DNA of 64,000 nucleotides from Octopus vulgaris (taxonomy: Eukaryota): contig OX597822.1 in the NCBI GenBank assembly GCA_951406725.2, positions 34,100,001 to 34,164,000 on the forward strand. Direction: 5' to 3'. The notes under the pieces were generated by a model. That model was given only the letters and a program-made list of their open reading frames with translations, did not search any database and was not told where the DNA came from. The translations under genes were made by a program, and so were the position numbers. The first letter of the stretch is position 1. Every line of letters starts with the position of its first letter. Positions 1 through 12,810 of the stretch are shown one piece after another.

Positions 1-390
1 CTCGGCATGCGTATATATATACATACTATATGTATACATACTATATAAGTGTGTGTGTGCGTGCGTGCGTGTGTGTGTGTGTGTGTGTATACATATATCG
101 ATTTACATCCGCATGCAATGCATCGCAAACTGAAAATTACGGCGAACGCCTCATCACCTCATCTTCTGATATGGTTTGAAGATGATGGCATCATGTATTA
201 AATATCTGATTGCTAAAGGAATACCGCTCTATCATGTGAAATGTAGGTGGTGAGTCTTAAACAAGTGTAAATGAAGATTTCTTCATATTACTCGCGCAGC
301 AATAGTGAAAAGTACTTTGAAACATTTGAGGACGCTGAATGTCTCAGATTCATAGGAAGATTGCATAAGTGCTGTTAGTGATGTATATAT

Positions 391-795
391 GAGTAGCTGT
401 GTGGTAAGTAGTTTGCTTACCAACCACATGGTTCTGTGTTCAGTCCCACTGCGTGGCACCTTGGGCAAGTGTCTTCTACTATAGCCTCGGGCCGACCAAA
501 GCCTTGTGAGTGGATTTGGTAGGCGGAAACTGGAAGAAGCCCGTCGTATATATATGTATATATATATATGTATGTATGTGTTTGCATGTCTGTGTTTGTC
601 CCCCCCCCCAAACATCGCTTGACAACCGATGCTGGTGTGTTTACGTCCCCGTAAATTAGCGGTTCGGCAAAAGAGACCGATAGAATAAGTACTAGGCTTA
701 CGAAGAATAAGCCCTTGGGTCGATTTGTTTGACTAAAAGTGTTGCTCTAGCAGGGCCACAGTCACATGACTGAAACAAGTAAAAGTGTAAAAGAG
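391..795 (+). mobile_element. tRNA-headed SINE, family A (internal TA/TG microsatellite)
   Basis: Head GTRGCTGTGTGGTAAG...GTTCAGTCCCAC (A/B-box-like), body GTGGCACCTTGGGCAAGTGTCTT, central microsatellite, 3' end ATGACTGAAACAAGTAAAAG; more than 10 similar copies in this window. Confidence 0.85.
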
Positions 796-827
<32 letters not shown>

Positions 828-872
828 TCTATTCTTATACCCTTTTACATGTTTCAGGACTAAGTATATATT

Positions 873-1084
873 CAGTAATCCATCCACTATCTCAGGTGTT
901 ACGTTCCGAAACCTCCCAACAGAAATAGCTAAAATCTGAAAAAAATGTGTAAATATATATCGGGCGCAGAAATCTGGATATACTGAAGAGTCCTCAAAAT
1001 AAATTTACATAATATTAACCCGAAAAATCCGCGACATATTCAGTGCGCAATAGGTGAACCGCGAAATGGCGAGGTATTACGATG
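873..1084. mobile_element. Degenerate Tigger/pogo-like MITE
   Basis: Imperfect terminal inverted repeats CAGTAATCCATCCACTATCTCAGG / CCGCGAAATGGCGAGGTATTAC in a TA context. Confidence 0.4.
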
Positions 1085-1086
1085 TA

Positions 1087-1196
<110 letters not shown>

Positions 1197-1207
1197 CATA
1201 ATGGGAA

Positions 1208-1352
1208 CAGGCGTTGCTGTGTGGTAAGAAGCTTGCTTCCCAAGCACGTAGTTTCCGGGTTCAGTCCCACTGCGTGACTTCTACTATAGCCAAGCCTATA
1301 TACCAAAGCCTGGTGAGAGGATTTAGTAGACGGAGACTAAAAGAAGCCCGTC

Positions 1353-1402
<50 letters not shown>

Positions 1403-1612
1403 GTATATGTTTGTATGTCTGTGTTTGTCCCACCACCAACGCTTGACAACTGATGTTGGTGTGTTTACGTCCCCGTTACTTAGCGATTCGGGAAAAGAGA
1501 CGGATAGAATAAGTACTAGGCTAATGAAAAAGAAAAGTCCTGGGGTTGATTCGTTCGACTAAAGATGGTATTCCAGCATGGCCACAATCAAATGACTGAA
1601 ATGAATAAAAAA
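1208..1612 (+). mobile_element. SINE family A
   Basis: Same head, body and tail as 391-795, with a small deletion in the body. Confidence 0.8.
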
Positions 1613-1682
1613 AATGAACGAATAAAGGAATATATATATGTATATGTATGAATATATATATATGTACGTATGTATGCATGTG

Positions 1683-1734
<52 letters not shown>

Positions 1735-2024
1735 TTTTGAATCGAAACAGCTGTCAGAGATGATGTCCTATTATAATTAATTCAGTTATCTCTCTATATT
1801 CATATTTTCTTAAATATATATATATATATGCTTCAAATACGAGACTAGAAGAACAGCCAACAACTGATGAAGGGTCGTTCTTTATGTCTGGTTTGTTTTC
1901 TTTTTGTGTCTGTCATTGTTCGATGTACTTCTGCTCCATATTTTTTGTTGTACACGTTTCTTGACGTCCTGTGCCCACATATGCATGTAAATGTAAGTAT
2001 GTACATATGCATATATTTATATAT

Positions 2025-2058
<34 letters not shown>

Positions 2059-2081
2059 ATCTATATTATACACACACGCAC

Positions 2082-2137
<56 letters not shown>

Positions 2138-2139
2138 TT

Positions 2140-2340
2140 TATCCAAACGGGAAAACAGAAAAAACAACAACACGTGGAACAATTACAGTATTATTATTAT
2201 TAGGCGCTCAGGAAAATGGAAGAAGGAGGGTATGACGTTTCGAGCGGAGCTCTTCGTCGGAAACATAGGAGAAAGAAAGATCCCGAGACGGGAGGACAGA
2301 GGAAAAAAAAATTGCAGGTAGTCTTCACGAGGTCACATAC
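2140..2340 (-). mobile_element. Penelope-like terminal repeat fragment with minimal hammerhead-like motif
   Basis: Reverse-strand relative of 30626-30840; minus strand reads GTTT-CCGACGA-AGAGCTCCGCTC-GAAAC-GTC; abuts (TA)n. Confidence 0.6.
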
Positions 2341-2439
2341 TAAAAAGACGGAAGTGGTAAAAAAGGAGGAAAATGTTTTTTAAAAACAGGAGAGCTGAAT
2401 CAAAGAGGGAATGGTAAAAAAGGTGTGCGAGATGACGAG

Positions 2440-4460
2440 GGTGTGTGTGTGCGTGTGTGTGTATGTGTGTGTATGGTGGACAGTGGCTAGTAGCAGGCAG
2501 TAGTAGAATTAAAGGAGTGTGTGGGGGTACCCTAGCAAGTCAGAAAGGCAGATCAGAAACAGGGAGGTATGTGTGTGTGTGCGTGTGTATGTATGTGTGA
2601 GTGTGTGCGTGTGCGTGTGTGTATGTGTGTGTGAGGCGAGATAAAAAAACAAAAAATATGTATATGTTAGTGTGTGCAGGGCGAACGGATGACATAGTAA
2701 GTCTCGAGTGAGTGGTCAGTGGTAAAAAAAGGGAGGAAGGAGGGAAGAAGGGAAGGAGGGAAAGGGTGGGGGCATATGTAACGTGCCAGTGTGTGTGTTG
2801 AGTGGTAGTGTGTGTGTGTGTCCAGTGTGCGTAGTTGTGTGTATGGCAAGTAAATTTGAAGTGTGTGTAAGTGTAATGTATATATATATGCAAATGTGTG
2901 TGTGTGAGTGGGTGTGTGTATGTGTGTGCGTATGTGTACAAAGAGGGGGGGTTAAGGAAAAAAACTGCAGCGGAGAGGGGGGAAAGGGGAAGATGGAAGA
3001 GTGGTCCCGCGGCGACAGGCGTGGGAGAACCCAAAGACACGCGCCGGCCCCAGATACGTACAGGAGATCTAGTCGGTCAACCACGAGCGTGGTGCATGCA
3101 TGCGTGTATGCGTGCGCGAACGTGCGCGAACGTGCACAAGCGTGTATGTGCGCGCGCCTGCGAGTGTGTGTGTAAGTATGTATGTGTGTTGATGTGTGAG
3201 TGTGTCTGTGTGTAAGTCTGGGTGTCAGTGTGTCCGATGAATGTATGTAAGTATGTGTGTGTATATGTGTGTATATAGAGGTATGTCCGTGTGTGTGTGT
3301 GTGTATGTGTATGAGTGTGTATGTATGTACGTGTGTGTGTGTGGAAGTGTGTGTATGTGCATGTGTGTGCGCGTACATGCAGGTGTGTGAGTGAGTGTGT
3401 GTGTGTGTATGTATGTGTGTGTGTGTATGTGTGTGTGTGTGCGTGTGTGTGTGTGTGTGTGCATGTGTGTGGGTATATATGTATGTGCGTATATGTGTGT
3501 GTATGTGCGTACATGTGTGTGTGTGTGTATGTAGGTGTGTAGGCGTGTGTGTATAGGTGTATGTATGTAAGTATGTATGGGTGTGTCCGTGTATGTGTGT
3601 GTATGCATGTGTGTGTATGTAGGTGTGTAGGCGTGTGTGTATAGGTGTATGTATGTATGTATGTATGGGTGTGTCCGTGTGTGTGTGTGTGTGTGTGTAT
3701 GCATGTGTATGTAGGTGTGTGTGTACGTATGTAATATATGTATGTATGCGTGTGTGTGCGTGTGTATGCGTGTGTGTGTATGTAGGTGCGTATGTATGTG
3801 TGTGGGAGTGTAGGTGTGTGTGTGCGTGTATGTGTGCGTGTGCGTGTATATGTTGGTGTGTGTGTATGTGAGTGTGAGTGTATGGGTGTTTGTCATGCGC
3901 GTGCAGGCGAGTGTATGTGTAAGTATGTGTGTGTATGTATGTGTGAGTGTGTGTGTGTGTATGTCTGTGTGTATGTATGTGCGTATAGGAGTATGTAAGT
4001 ATGTGTGTGTGTATGTGTGTGGGTGTATGTATGTATGTATGTGTGTAATATGTGTGTGTGCGTATGTATGTGTATGTGTGTGTTTATGTATGTGTGTAGG
4101 CGTGTGTGTATAGGTGTATGTATGTATGGGTGTGTGTCTGTGAGTGTTTGTGTGTGTGTGTAGGTATGTGTGTATGTATGAGTGAAGGTATGGCTGTGTA
4201 GGTGTGTGTGTGTATGAATGTAAGTGTGTGTGTGTACAAGTGTAATGTATGTATGTAGGTGTGTGTGTGTGTGTGTGTGCGTGTGTATGTGTGTGTGTGT
4301 ATGCGTGTGAGTGTGAGTGTATGGGTGTATGTCTGTGTGTGTGTATGTCTGAAGTAGGTATGTGTGTGTATGTATGTATGTGTGTGTGTGTGCGGGTATG
4401 TGTGTGTGTATGTGTGTGTGTAAGTGTGTGTGTGAGTAGGTGTGCGTGTATGTATGTGGG
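2440..4460. repeat. Compound (GT)n/(GTAT)n low-complexity tract
   Basis: Directly visible; source of the His/Thr- and Cys/Val-rich spurious ORFs. Confidence 0.9.
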
Positions 4461-4479
4461 TAGGGATGCATATATATTG

Positions 4480-4700
4480 GCAATAACAATAAAGGGCAAA
4501 ATTAATTAATTAATTAGTAATTAATAATTTTACCAAGCAGTGTTCAGTATGTAAAAGGACCATTTACGGTAAATATAAACATTACTTTATATAATTAGGG
4601 TTCAGCAAAAAAAAATTGCTTTACCACATACCGAACTTTTAGAAATAGCGGCCAAAAAAATTTAGCTATTTCTTTTGCTATAAGAAGAGTCTCCCAGACA
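4480..4700. mobile_element. Interspersed repeat related to the element at 50133-50912
   Basis: Shares ATAATTAGGGTTCAGCAAA...TTGCTTTACCACATACCGAA and upstream AAAATTAATTAATTAA with 50620-50800. Confidence 0.6.
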
Positions 4701-6485
4701 ATGTATACTCAAAAGCAATTCATCGCCAAGCTAACATGGCAGTCCAGAAAAATAGGACGAATGCTGCCGTTGATTAGCTCAAAGAGGCCATCACCTCTAG
4801 CTAGCTGTGTGACATACGAACCTGTGTTCATTATAACCTTCGAAGAGGGGAGGTCAGCCGCTTCCCCTTGCTGTTTTGGCATCTACAAACTAGTTTCAGG
4901 GTATTTGCCCTGGACTGCCATGGTAGCTTGGCGATAACTATTAATATCCAGTACCGCTGCCGTAGTCTGCCATAAAAATGAGATTAAAGATGTTTGGAGT
5001 GTCTGGCATGCCAGTAGGAGATGAAACGATGTAGAGGGTTGAGAATTGCAAAAGATTCTGCTCCTGTCCCAGCAGCGTTGCTATTGGATGAGCGTGGAAG
5101 TGAAGAGGAGTTGTGAAAGTTTAACAGGCGATGACGTCAGAGGTGGGTGAGATGAGATACATGTTCTCAATGAAGGAGGAGATATGGTCAAAGAATTGGT
5201 GGTGGTCTGAGGACTTTGGAAAGTGGTAGGGGGAGATGTATTGGGAAAATGCGAGGGGAAAACTTTGAACCAATGTAACTAGATGTCATTATCAATGATA
5301 TCCAGTTGAGAGATGTGAGTAATAGTGCAGACACCATCTTTCGGAGTGAAGCTTGAGCAGAGAGTGTTGTTGGGTGGGGGGAGATAGATTGTAGATAAGG
5401 GATGAGGAATTTGTACCATGGAAAAGAATAGGATGCATGGCTTGCGTGTGTAAGAAGGGGATGAGCAGGATGTAGTTGGAACGAAGTTCATGAATGAGAA
5501 AAGAAAATTAACCGGATGGTTTAGTTGCTGTAGCGGCGATTCGAAACTTAACTGCTAGGTAACCGTCAGACAGCATGGACGAACCAAAATGGTTTCACGT
5601 GATCGGTCTATTAAGTAGTCAATCAGCGAGAAACCGTCGTGTGATTAATCCTCTAGAATCTTTTCCTTGTACCCTATAAAAAAAAGCCGCTTTTAGCACC
5701 TCAACTCCTTGCAGAGTGTTGAAAGGCGGCTGAACGATATGCGCATCTACTCTTGCCAGTAGACGGTCCAGACAGACGACCCAAGAGAGACAGCTGAGAC
5801 AGACGGTTCAGATAGATGACCGAGAACTCCGTTGCCATGAAGATAGCACAACTATTTTTTAGATATATTGGCCAAACCGCATGTTGCCGCACCTATAGCT
5901 TTCTGTGATCTAAAAGCATTATCTCTTTCCCAGTTTGTAATTATTGCTGTTGATAACTGTAAAAGGCCAACGCAGTTTGTCTTTATATGCGACAATAAAT
6001 TCTTCTGTTCGCGAGTAGAGTTCAGTTACTTCTTCACGCAGCCAAGAAACATATTTTCATTGATTAACTCAACCAGCTACCAGAGCATCATGTGCAAAAC
6101 ATCATAAGACCATTCGTAATTGTATTTTTCGACCTTATGGAGAAGTGTAAATGTTTACGGTACGTAGTTAAGTCACTGTAACTTCCTCTCAAAAGTCTGG
6201 TCTGAATACTTGCAATAAAAAGCACCCACAGACCAAACTGTGGCATTAAACCAAACGACGATGTATATCAATTACACACATACACCGAGAGTGTATCTAT
6301 GCGAGTATATCGGTGTAAATACCTTGTGGTATTCAGTTCCAAAAATAGAAGTAAATTTCTAAGGAAGCGTAACCCAAGTCGACGTAGCCATTCCATACAG
6401 AATATGGGATCCAAAATTAACTAAAATCACGAAAAGCTGTGTTCCAGTATAGCCGCAGTCTAGTGACAGAAACCACCAAAAGAAT

Positions 6486-6863
6486 AGGCATAGGAGTGGC
6501 TGTGTGGTAAGTAGCTTGCTTACCAGCCACATGATTCCAGGTTCAGTCCCACTGCGTGGCACCTTGGGCAAGTGTCTTCACTATAGCCTTGTGAGTGGAT
6601 TTGGTAGACGGTTGAACTAGGGACAGCTGATGAAGGGGATTTTTCCTGTGTAGTTTGTCTTGTACCCTGTTTTTTCGTTGTATAAAAAATAGTCCTTTCC
6701 CTGCTTGTTTTTACTTTTTCGTTTTCGTTTTTCGTTTCTCGTTTAGTTCTACGTCTAATTGTGGTGTCCTGTACTCACGTATATATATTTATATATGCAT
6801 GTATATATACATGTAGATGTAGGTACGTACATATATGTATGTATGCATATATTTTATTTATTA

Positions 6864-6913
<50 letters not shown>

Positions 6914-7137
6914 GTGTGTGTATGTGTTTGTGTGTCTGTGTTTGTCCCGCCAACATCGCTTGACAACCGATGCCGGTGTGTTTACGTCCCCGTAACTTAG
7001 CGGTTCGGCAAAAGAGACCGATAGAATAAGTACTAGGCTTACAAAGAATAAATCCAGAGGGTAGATTTACTCGACTAAAGGCGGTGCTCCACCATGGCCA
7101 CAGTCAAATGACTAAAATAAGTAAAAGCGTAAAAGAG
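6486..7137 (+). mobile_element. SINE family A interrupted by an unrelated ~250-bp segment (about 6612-6866)
   Basis: 5' half 6486-6611; 3' half resumes after (TA)n at about 6912. Confidence 0.8.
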
Positions 7138-7949
7138 CAAAAGAATATTCATAAAACACTCTCTACTAATGTCTAACATCATTACTAATTTACTTAAAAA
7201 CACTAAACAAGACATTTTGGAAAAAGCTTCTACAAGTCTTGTACTATAATATCTACGTATGTTACTGTATGTAAACGTTTTAAAAGTGTCCTTCCCCTCA
7301 ATCAAGTTAGTTAAGTTGATTTCATTCAACAATGCCGATTGCCTGTCAAGAAGAAGCCAAACCAAGCCCCATTGTTGTTATGATAGGAGCTGTATCTTGA
7401 GACTTGAAGAACTGAAAATAAATCATTGTTGACAGTTATGGAACGAATGGGTAATATTGTTTTTAGTTAGCTGCAGTAATTGATAATCTTATGGTGTGGA
7501 AAAATATTTACAGACAGATATACGTTACAGTTTGATTAAGAAGTTCTCTTCGCAACCGTGTGGTTCCTAGTTCGATCCGAATGCGCAGTACTTTGTGCAT
7601 ATATATGTAGTGAATATTGCATGCATAAAGTGGATTCGATCCCCCATAGCCAAATTTAAATTAACACTGCAACAGAACTGTTCCCACGGTGAAACAATGG
7701 TTATTCTCTGACAGCAGTTTTACATTTTCCAGATGCTATTAGCTAGGCCGAAATAATGTCTTCAACACTTGACCCTTTCTCACCTCTTCTACTTCACCAA
7801 AAGCTAGAATAGAGATAACAAGACCACCAACTAAATCTATTGTTCTCAATGATATATCTATCCTTCTGGCGTTGCATATATATTCAATTGTAGTCTCGTG
7901 TTTGCTTATTATCTTGTGTGTGAAGACTGTTGGACATAGTATTCTCAAA

Positions 7950-8152
7950 TTTTAGCCCAAGGCCAGTAATTTCGGAGCAGAGGGTAGGTCGATTATATTG
8001 ACCCTAATAATCAGCTGCTTCTTACTTTATCGATTCCGATGGATAACAAGCAAAGTCGACTTCGTTGGAATTTGAACTCGGAACGTAAAAACGGACGAAA
8101 TGCCGCTAAGCATTTTGCCCGGCGTGCTAACGATTCTGCTAGCACGCTGCCT
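7950..8152 (-). mobile_element. SINE family B
   Basis: Reverse complement of the recurrent GGCGAGCTGGCAGAA..GTTAGCACGCCGGGC..GAGTTCAAATTCC..GTCGACTTTGC consensus. Confidence 0.75.
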
Positions 8153-8172
8153 CACACACACACACATTAATG

Positions 8173-8223
<51 letters not shown>

Positions 8224-8340
8224 TGTGTGTGCGTGCGTATGCTTTTATGTATAATCATATATAAAAGTATTTAAGAATCGCTTAATTTAGTTTTAGTAAA
8301 CTAACACACTTTATTTTTATTAGAGGAATGTTGACGATGA

Positions 8341-8410
8341 CGGTTACTTCGAAGTTACAGCTAAATAGCTTTCTTCGGACTGATAAAGGCTATACAGTCG
8401 TAACTTCGAA
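8341..8410. ncRNA. Back-to-back degenerate hammerhead-like motifs on opposite strands
   Basis: Plus: CTGATAA-AGGCTATACAGTC-GTAAC-TTCGAA; minus: CCGAAGA-AAGCTATTTAGCT-GTAAC-TTCGAA-GTA; 11-bp inverted repeat TTCGAAGTTAC/GTAACTTCGAA. Confidence 0.35.
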
Positions 8411-9208
8411 AAAAACTAAGAAACTGGCAGGAAATAACTTGACTGGTATTTTATTTTATCGAGACCCAAGATGGAAAGTAAAGTTGACCCCCAACAGAAT
8501 TTGAACTCAGAACATAAAGTCAATAAATACTGCCGCGTTTTTTTTGTTTTTTTTTGGCTGGTATCTTATTCTTTTTAGTTAATAGATTCTCAGAACGATG
8601 AAAGGTAAAATTGAACTCGACGGAGTTTGAATCCAGAACGTATAAAGCTGTTAAATGAATACCATAAAGCATATTCTTCACTACCAACACCACAACCCGT
8701 TGCTCTACCGATTCTGCCAACGTAATTTTGTAATAAACTTACAACTCAAACATCAACAGTAAGCAAGATTAAGTGAGGAATGCTTCACCCAGTGAAGAAT
8801 TTTTTCGTTAATTAGTCGACATCCAAAACCTCGTATGTTAAAACATGGCAAAACTACTTTCTTTTAGCTATTCTAGGTAAGTTAGTGAGTTCGGTCTGTT
8901 TGTTGATTACTCAGCCTCGAACAACTACAAATAAAACAACAGCAAGAAAACTGACTTTAGATAAGTGTCTATTAACTTGCCTGTTGTGTGCTCTGCTATG
9001 CCGTGCTTGTGTTGTGCGCTGTTTTGTTAAGTTGGACTATTTTTGAAGCTGCCAGATCATCAAATGAAGAAATTCCTCAAAGCAGCAACCCAGGTGAAGT
9101 AGATGCATCAAAGTAGCTAACGCTCCAGGTGTAAGTAGATAGACATATTTAAATAACCAGATAGACGGATAAATAGGTAGAGAGAGAACGAGAGAGAGAG
9201 AGAGAGAG

Positions 9209-9271
<63 letters not shown>

Positions 9272-10537
9272 AAGACAGGAGAGGAAGAGAAAGAAAAAAA
9301 TGATAAAGAAAGGGATGAAGATAAAGGTGTATGAAGCGGAGTATAAAGCTGTATATTACAGAAAAAAAAAACTACGATAAATTACAAAAAGGTAACAAAA
9401 ACTAAAACAAAAAAAAACAACGAACTCTACTTGACTGCGGAAGTTATGAAGGCTACTGTAATTGATACCAACCTTTGTTATTGTTGTTGTATTGTTAGTT
9501 ATTATTGTAGTGTCAAGAATGCATGCAAGGAGGGCTGGCCTTGAGCATAAAACAAAATGGTGGAACAACCGTGACATAAAAACGTCGAACGCAGAACAGA
9601 TTTCTTCTACAGCCGCTGTTCATCGATCAGTGAGCCTGCAATAGATGTCCATCTATTAAAATGAGCCTGCAGCAGTTAATCCCCTAGTGATTTTGTTGTA
9701 GAGCTTGTAGTAATTTACTAACGAACTTGAAGTAGTCGTCCACCCACCCACGGGCTGGCTGCACACGTTTATTTATTTACGAGCGAAACTCCAATATTCG
9801 TTTGCGAAGTGAAACCCTAAATATAACGTATTACTGTTATATCAAACGAACCAATGGAGTTTCTAGATGGTAGCTCGAGCCATTAGAAATAGCAGCCTAA
9901 TGTCCCTCAAAGTCTCAGAAAAAATTACATATTGGTCAATACATTACTGGGATTTCTGAACATAGAAAAGAAAAAAAAATGGGATGGCCTCAGATGGAAT
10001 GCCTTGATCCTAGTTCTGCTCTACCAAAATAGGCCTTGGGCTACAACAGTGGCGTAGGTAGAGTGTGGTCTTGGGAGGCAAATTCAAAGGCTGATCCGGG
10101 CCTCTTTCAGACCTAGTCCCCTACCTCATGCCTCCTATCTTATACAAGCTCATATAGCAGACCCAAAAGCCACCCCCATAAAAGCGTCGCCCGAGACGGA
10201 CCATCCTCTCGATCCCTCTCCCAGTTATGATACTAGGAAACCAGTACATGATAACTCAACCTACTAGAAATAGTAGCCGAATGTCTCTGAAATCCTAACC
10301 TTCCATCTTAAAAAAAAAGAAGACACGTTAGGTAATTTAGCGTTGGAAAAGTCAAGCTGGCCACTGTTGGAATGCTTTTAAGCTTAGTCTTTCGGGGGTC
10401 AAGTTTAAATTTAAGTACCAGCCAAATGTTGAAGTTGATATAACCGATTGTTAGCTGCTCCCAGATTTCTGGTTTTGTGCTTATTTCAGAAAGAGCTATT
10501 TTCCCAGATCTTTACATTCTGGGTTCAAATTCCGCCA

Positions 10538-10908
10538 TTCTTTTATTTGTTTCAGTCAGTTGACTGCGGCCATGCTGGAGCACCGCCTTTAGTCGAAGAA
10601 ATCGACCCCAGGACTTATTCTTTGTAAATCTAGTACTTATTTTATCGGTTACTTTTGCCGAACCGCTATGTTACCTGGACGTAAACTCACCAACATCGGT
10701 TGTCAAGCGATTGTGGTGGACAAACACACACACGCACGCACATATATATATATACGACAGGCTTCTTTCTGTTTCCATTTACGAAATCCACTCAAAAGGC
10801 TTTGGTCGGCCCGAAGATATATTAGAAGATACTTGTCCAAGGTGTTACGCAGTGGGACTGAACTCGGAACCATGTGGTTGGGAAGCAAGCTTCATACCAC
10901 ACAGCTAC
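10538..10908 (-). mobile_element. SINE family A
   Basis: Reverse complement of the family A consensus. Confidence 0.8.
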
Positions 10909-10944
10909 AGTATGTGAGGTGTATGTGTGTGTATGCTGCCTATA

Positions 10945-12639
10945 TCTCTCTATATATAAAACTGAGAATGTGTCTGTCTGTCTGTGTGTTTCCCTAAAAC
11001 TTGAGAACTACACAACCAATTTCATTCAAATTTTACACATGTCTTACTTAGGGTCCGGGGAGTGTCATCGGCAAAATTTTTTTTTATGTTTTGCTTAAGG
11101 CGAGCCCACAGCAATATCATATCTTCTCCACTACGATTCCCTAAAACTTGAGAACTACACAACCAATTTCATTCAAATTTTACACATGCCTTACTTAGGG
11201 TCCATGTAGTTTCATGGGCAAAAAAAAAAAATGTTCAACCGCTTGCCTAGGGTGAGCCCATAGCAATATCACATCTTCTCCACTATTTCAGTATTACGTG
11301 TTAAAAGTGAAACAAAAACATTTCTCTATTTTATGTCAGATACTTTCACTTTAACAATAAAAATTAGAGATGATAATAACAATTGAATTATATATAGTAA
11401 GTAATAATTAAAATCAAACTAAAGTATGATATAATAATTAAATCGTAACATTGCATCAATGACTTGAACTTGAATCAGTGGTTTCACATGAAAGAGAATA
11501 AATAAAATTTAAGTGCAGAAATGGAATAGTCCAGATGGAGGTGTGCACGGCTTTTACATTAGATTATTTGCTAATTAGTATCTTTATGAAGTTTGGCTGT
11601 ACGAAAGATGCTTCTACTGAGTATCGCTGTTGGTTTATTTCTGATCCATATAAGCCTATAGCTTCAACAGAGTACTGCTTTTTTGTTTACCGTAAGGTTT
11701 GTTGTTATTATTATTTCTGTTTAACTATTGTTATCACGTTTGTTGGTTCCTCGTAAGGGAAGCGTTGTTGTGTTGCAGTTGTTAAATAATTGTAAACCGT
11801 AACCCTCCCCCTTTGGGAGAAGGAGCTTTGGTTATCGTTTAAAAATTGAATTGTGTCCCTGTTTGGGGCAATTGACAATATTTTCACCGTTTACACGGAA
11901 GCATAGAAGAAAGTCCAAAAATAGAAGAAAGTCCAAAAGATAGAAGAAAGTCCAAAAATGAATTTCGCTGCAGCCGTCGGCGGGCGGCGAACTCATTAAA
12001 ATTAAAATGGAAGAAATACAAACCTATTTCGGATTGATCACCGACAAAGACGGTGAATTTAGGATAACACCACCAAACGAAATAAAAAATAAAATTAAAG
12101 AAAAGACTATTGCCTATAAAGTATACAATGTAGAGAAAAAAAACGATTTGAACACCTGGAGGAAAGCACCATTGAAAAGTGTCTTGGTGCGACTATGAAA
12201 GATATCAAGTATCTAACCAGAGGCGGTAAATTCGCCACAATAGAAGCAAAGTTCGAGTCAACGGAGCATGCAAGGGAGTACTCGACTCGAACCTTGCAAA
12301 GTGGAAATATTTTATTTTTACCTTTATATCTGGGGCGTAGGACGTCCCAGATAAAAATGTTAAAAATGCCCCCACCCCGAAGTAGAAGTAGGCTGGATTG
12401 TAGCCACACTTCTATACAAGAGGGAGGACAAGATACAATTGATCGAAATTACAAGAGACGGGCTAACAATTCCAGTCTGTTATATATTTTGAGTATTGTT
12501 ATCACTAGCGATATCAAGATATAACTTTGTATTTTGTATTTTATGTGTAGATGTATATATATAGATGTACATGTAATATGTACATATATATATACATGCA
12601 CTAGCACTATGACCCGGCAACGACGGGTCTTTAATGCAA

Positions 12640-12690
<51 letters not shown>

Positions 12691-12810
12691 AATTTCAACG
12701 GATTTCGCCCAAATTTGACGTCGATGTTTCTTGGTTTGGTTTGAAATAAAGAACTTGATTAGCTTAATAATCCTAACTTAATCCGGGGCAAAGCCAAGTT
12801 ATACTGCTAG
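10945..12810 (+). mobile_element. Non-autonomous Helitron
   Basis: 5' A|TCTCTCTATATATAAAACTGAG; 3' degenerate hairpin CCGGGGCAAAGCCAAG followed by CTAG|T; internal ~145-bp direct duplication starting TTCCCTAAAACTTGAGAACTAC at about 10990 and 11137. Confidence 0.7.
11958..12430 (+). pseudogene. Disrupted ORF, probably the ORF1 region of a non-LTR retrotransposon (Tx1/L1-like), inside the Helitron
   Basis: Two overlapping non-repetitive frames (MEEIQTYFGLITDKDGEF...; MKDIKYLTRGGKFATIEAKFES...FLPLYLGRR) joined by a frameshift; family assignment is from recalled resemblance only. Confidence 0.4.

Noticed and set aside
1860-1880. CTGATGA here and at about 6626 as hammerhead cores
   Set aside because: No downstream GAAA or closing stems
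2540-4509. Long His/Thr-rich and Cys/Val-rich ORFs, and similar IY, LPSF, poly-F/K/S ORFs throughout the window
   Set aside because: Translations of stop-free microsatellites, with no protein-like complexity
5520-6480. Non-repetitive stretch that might be an exon or LTR-element remnant
   Set aside because: The frames I translated are interrupted and show no convincing motif; needs BLASTX
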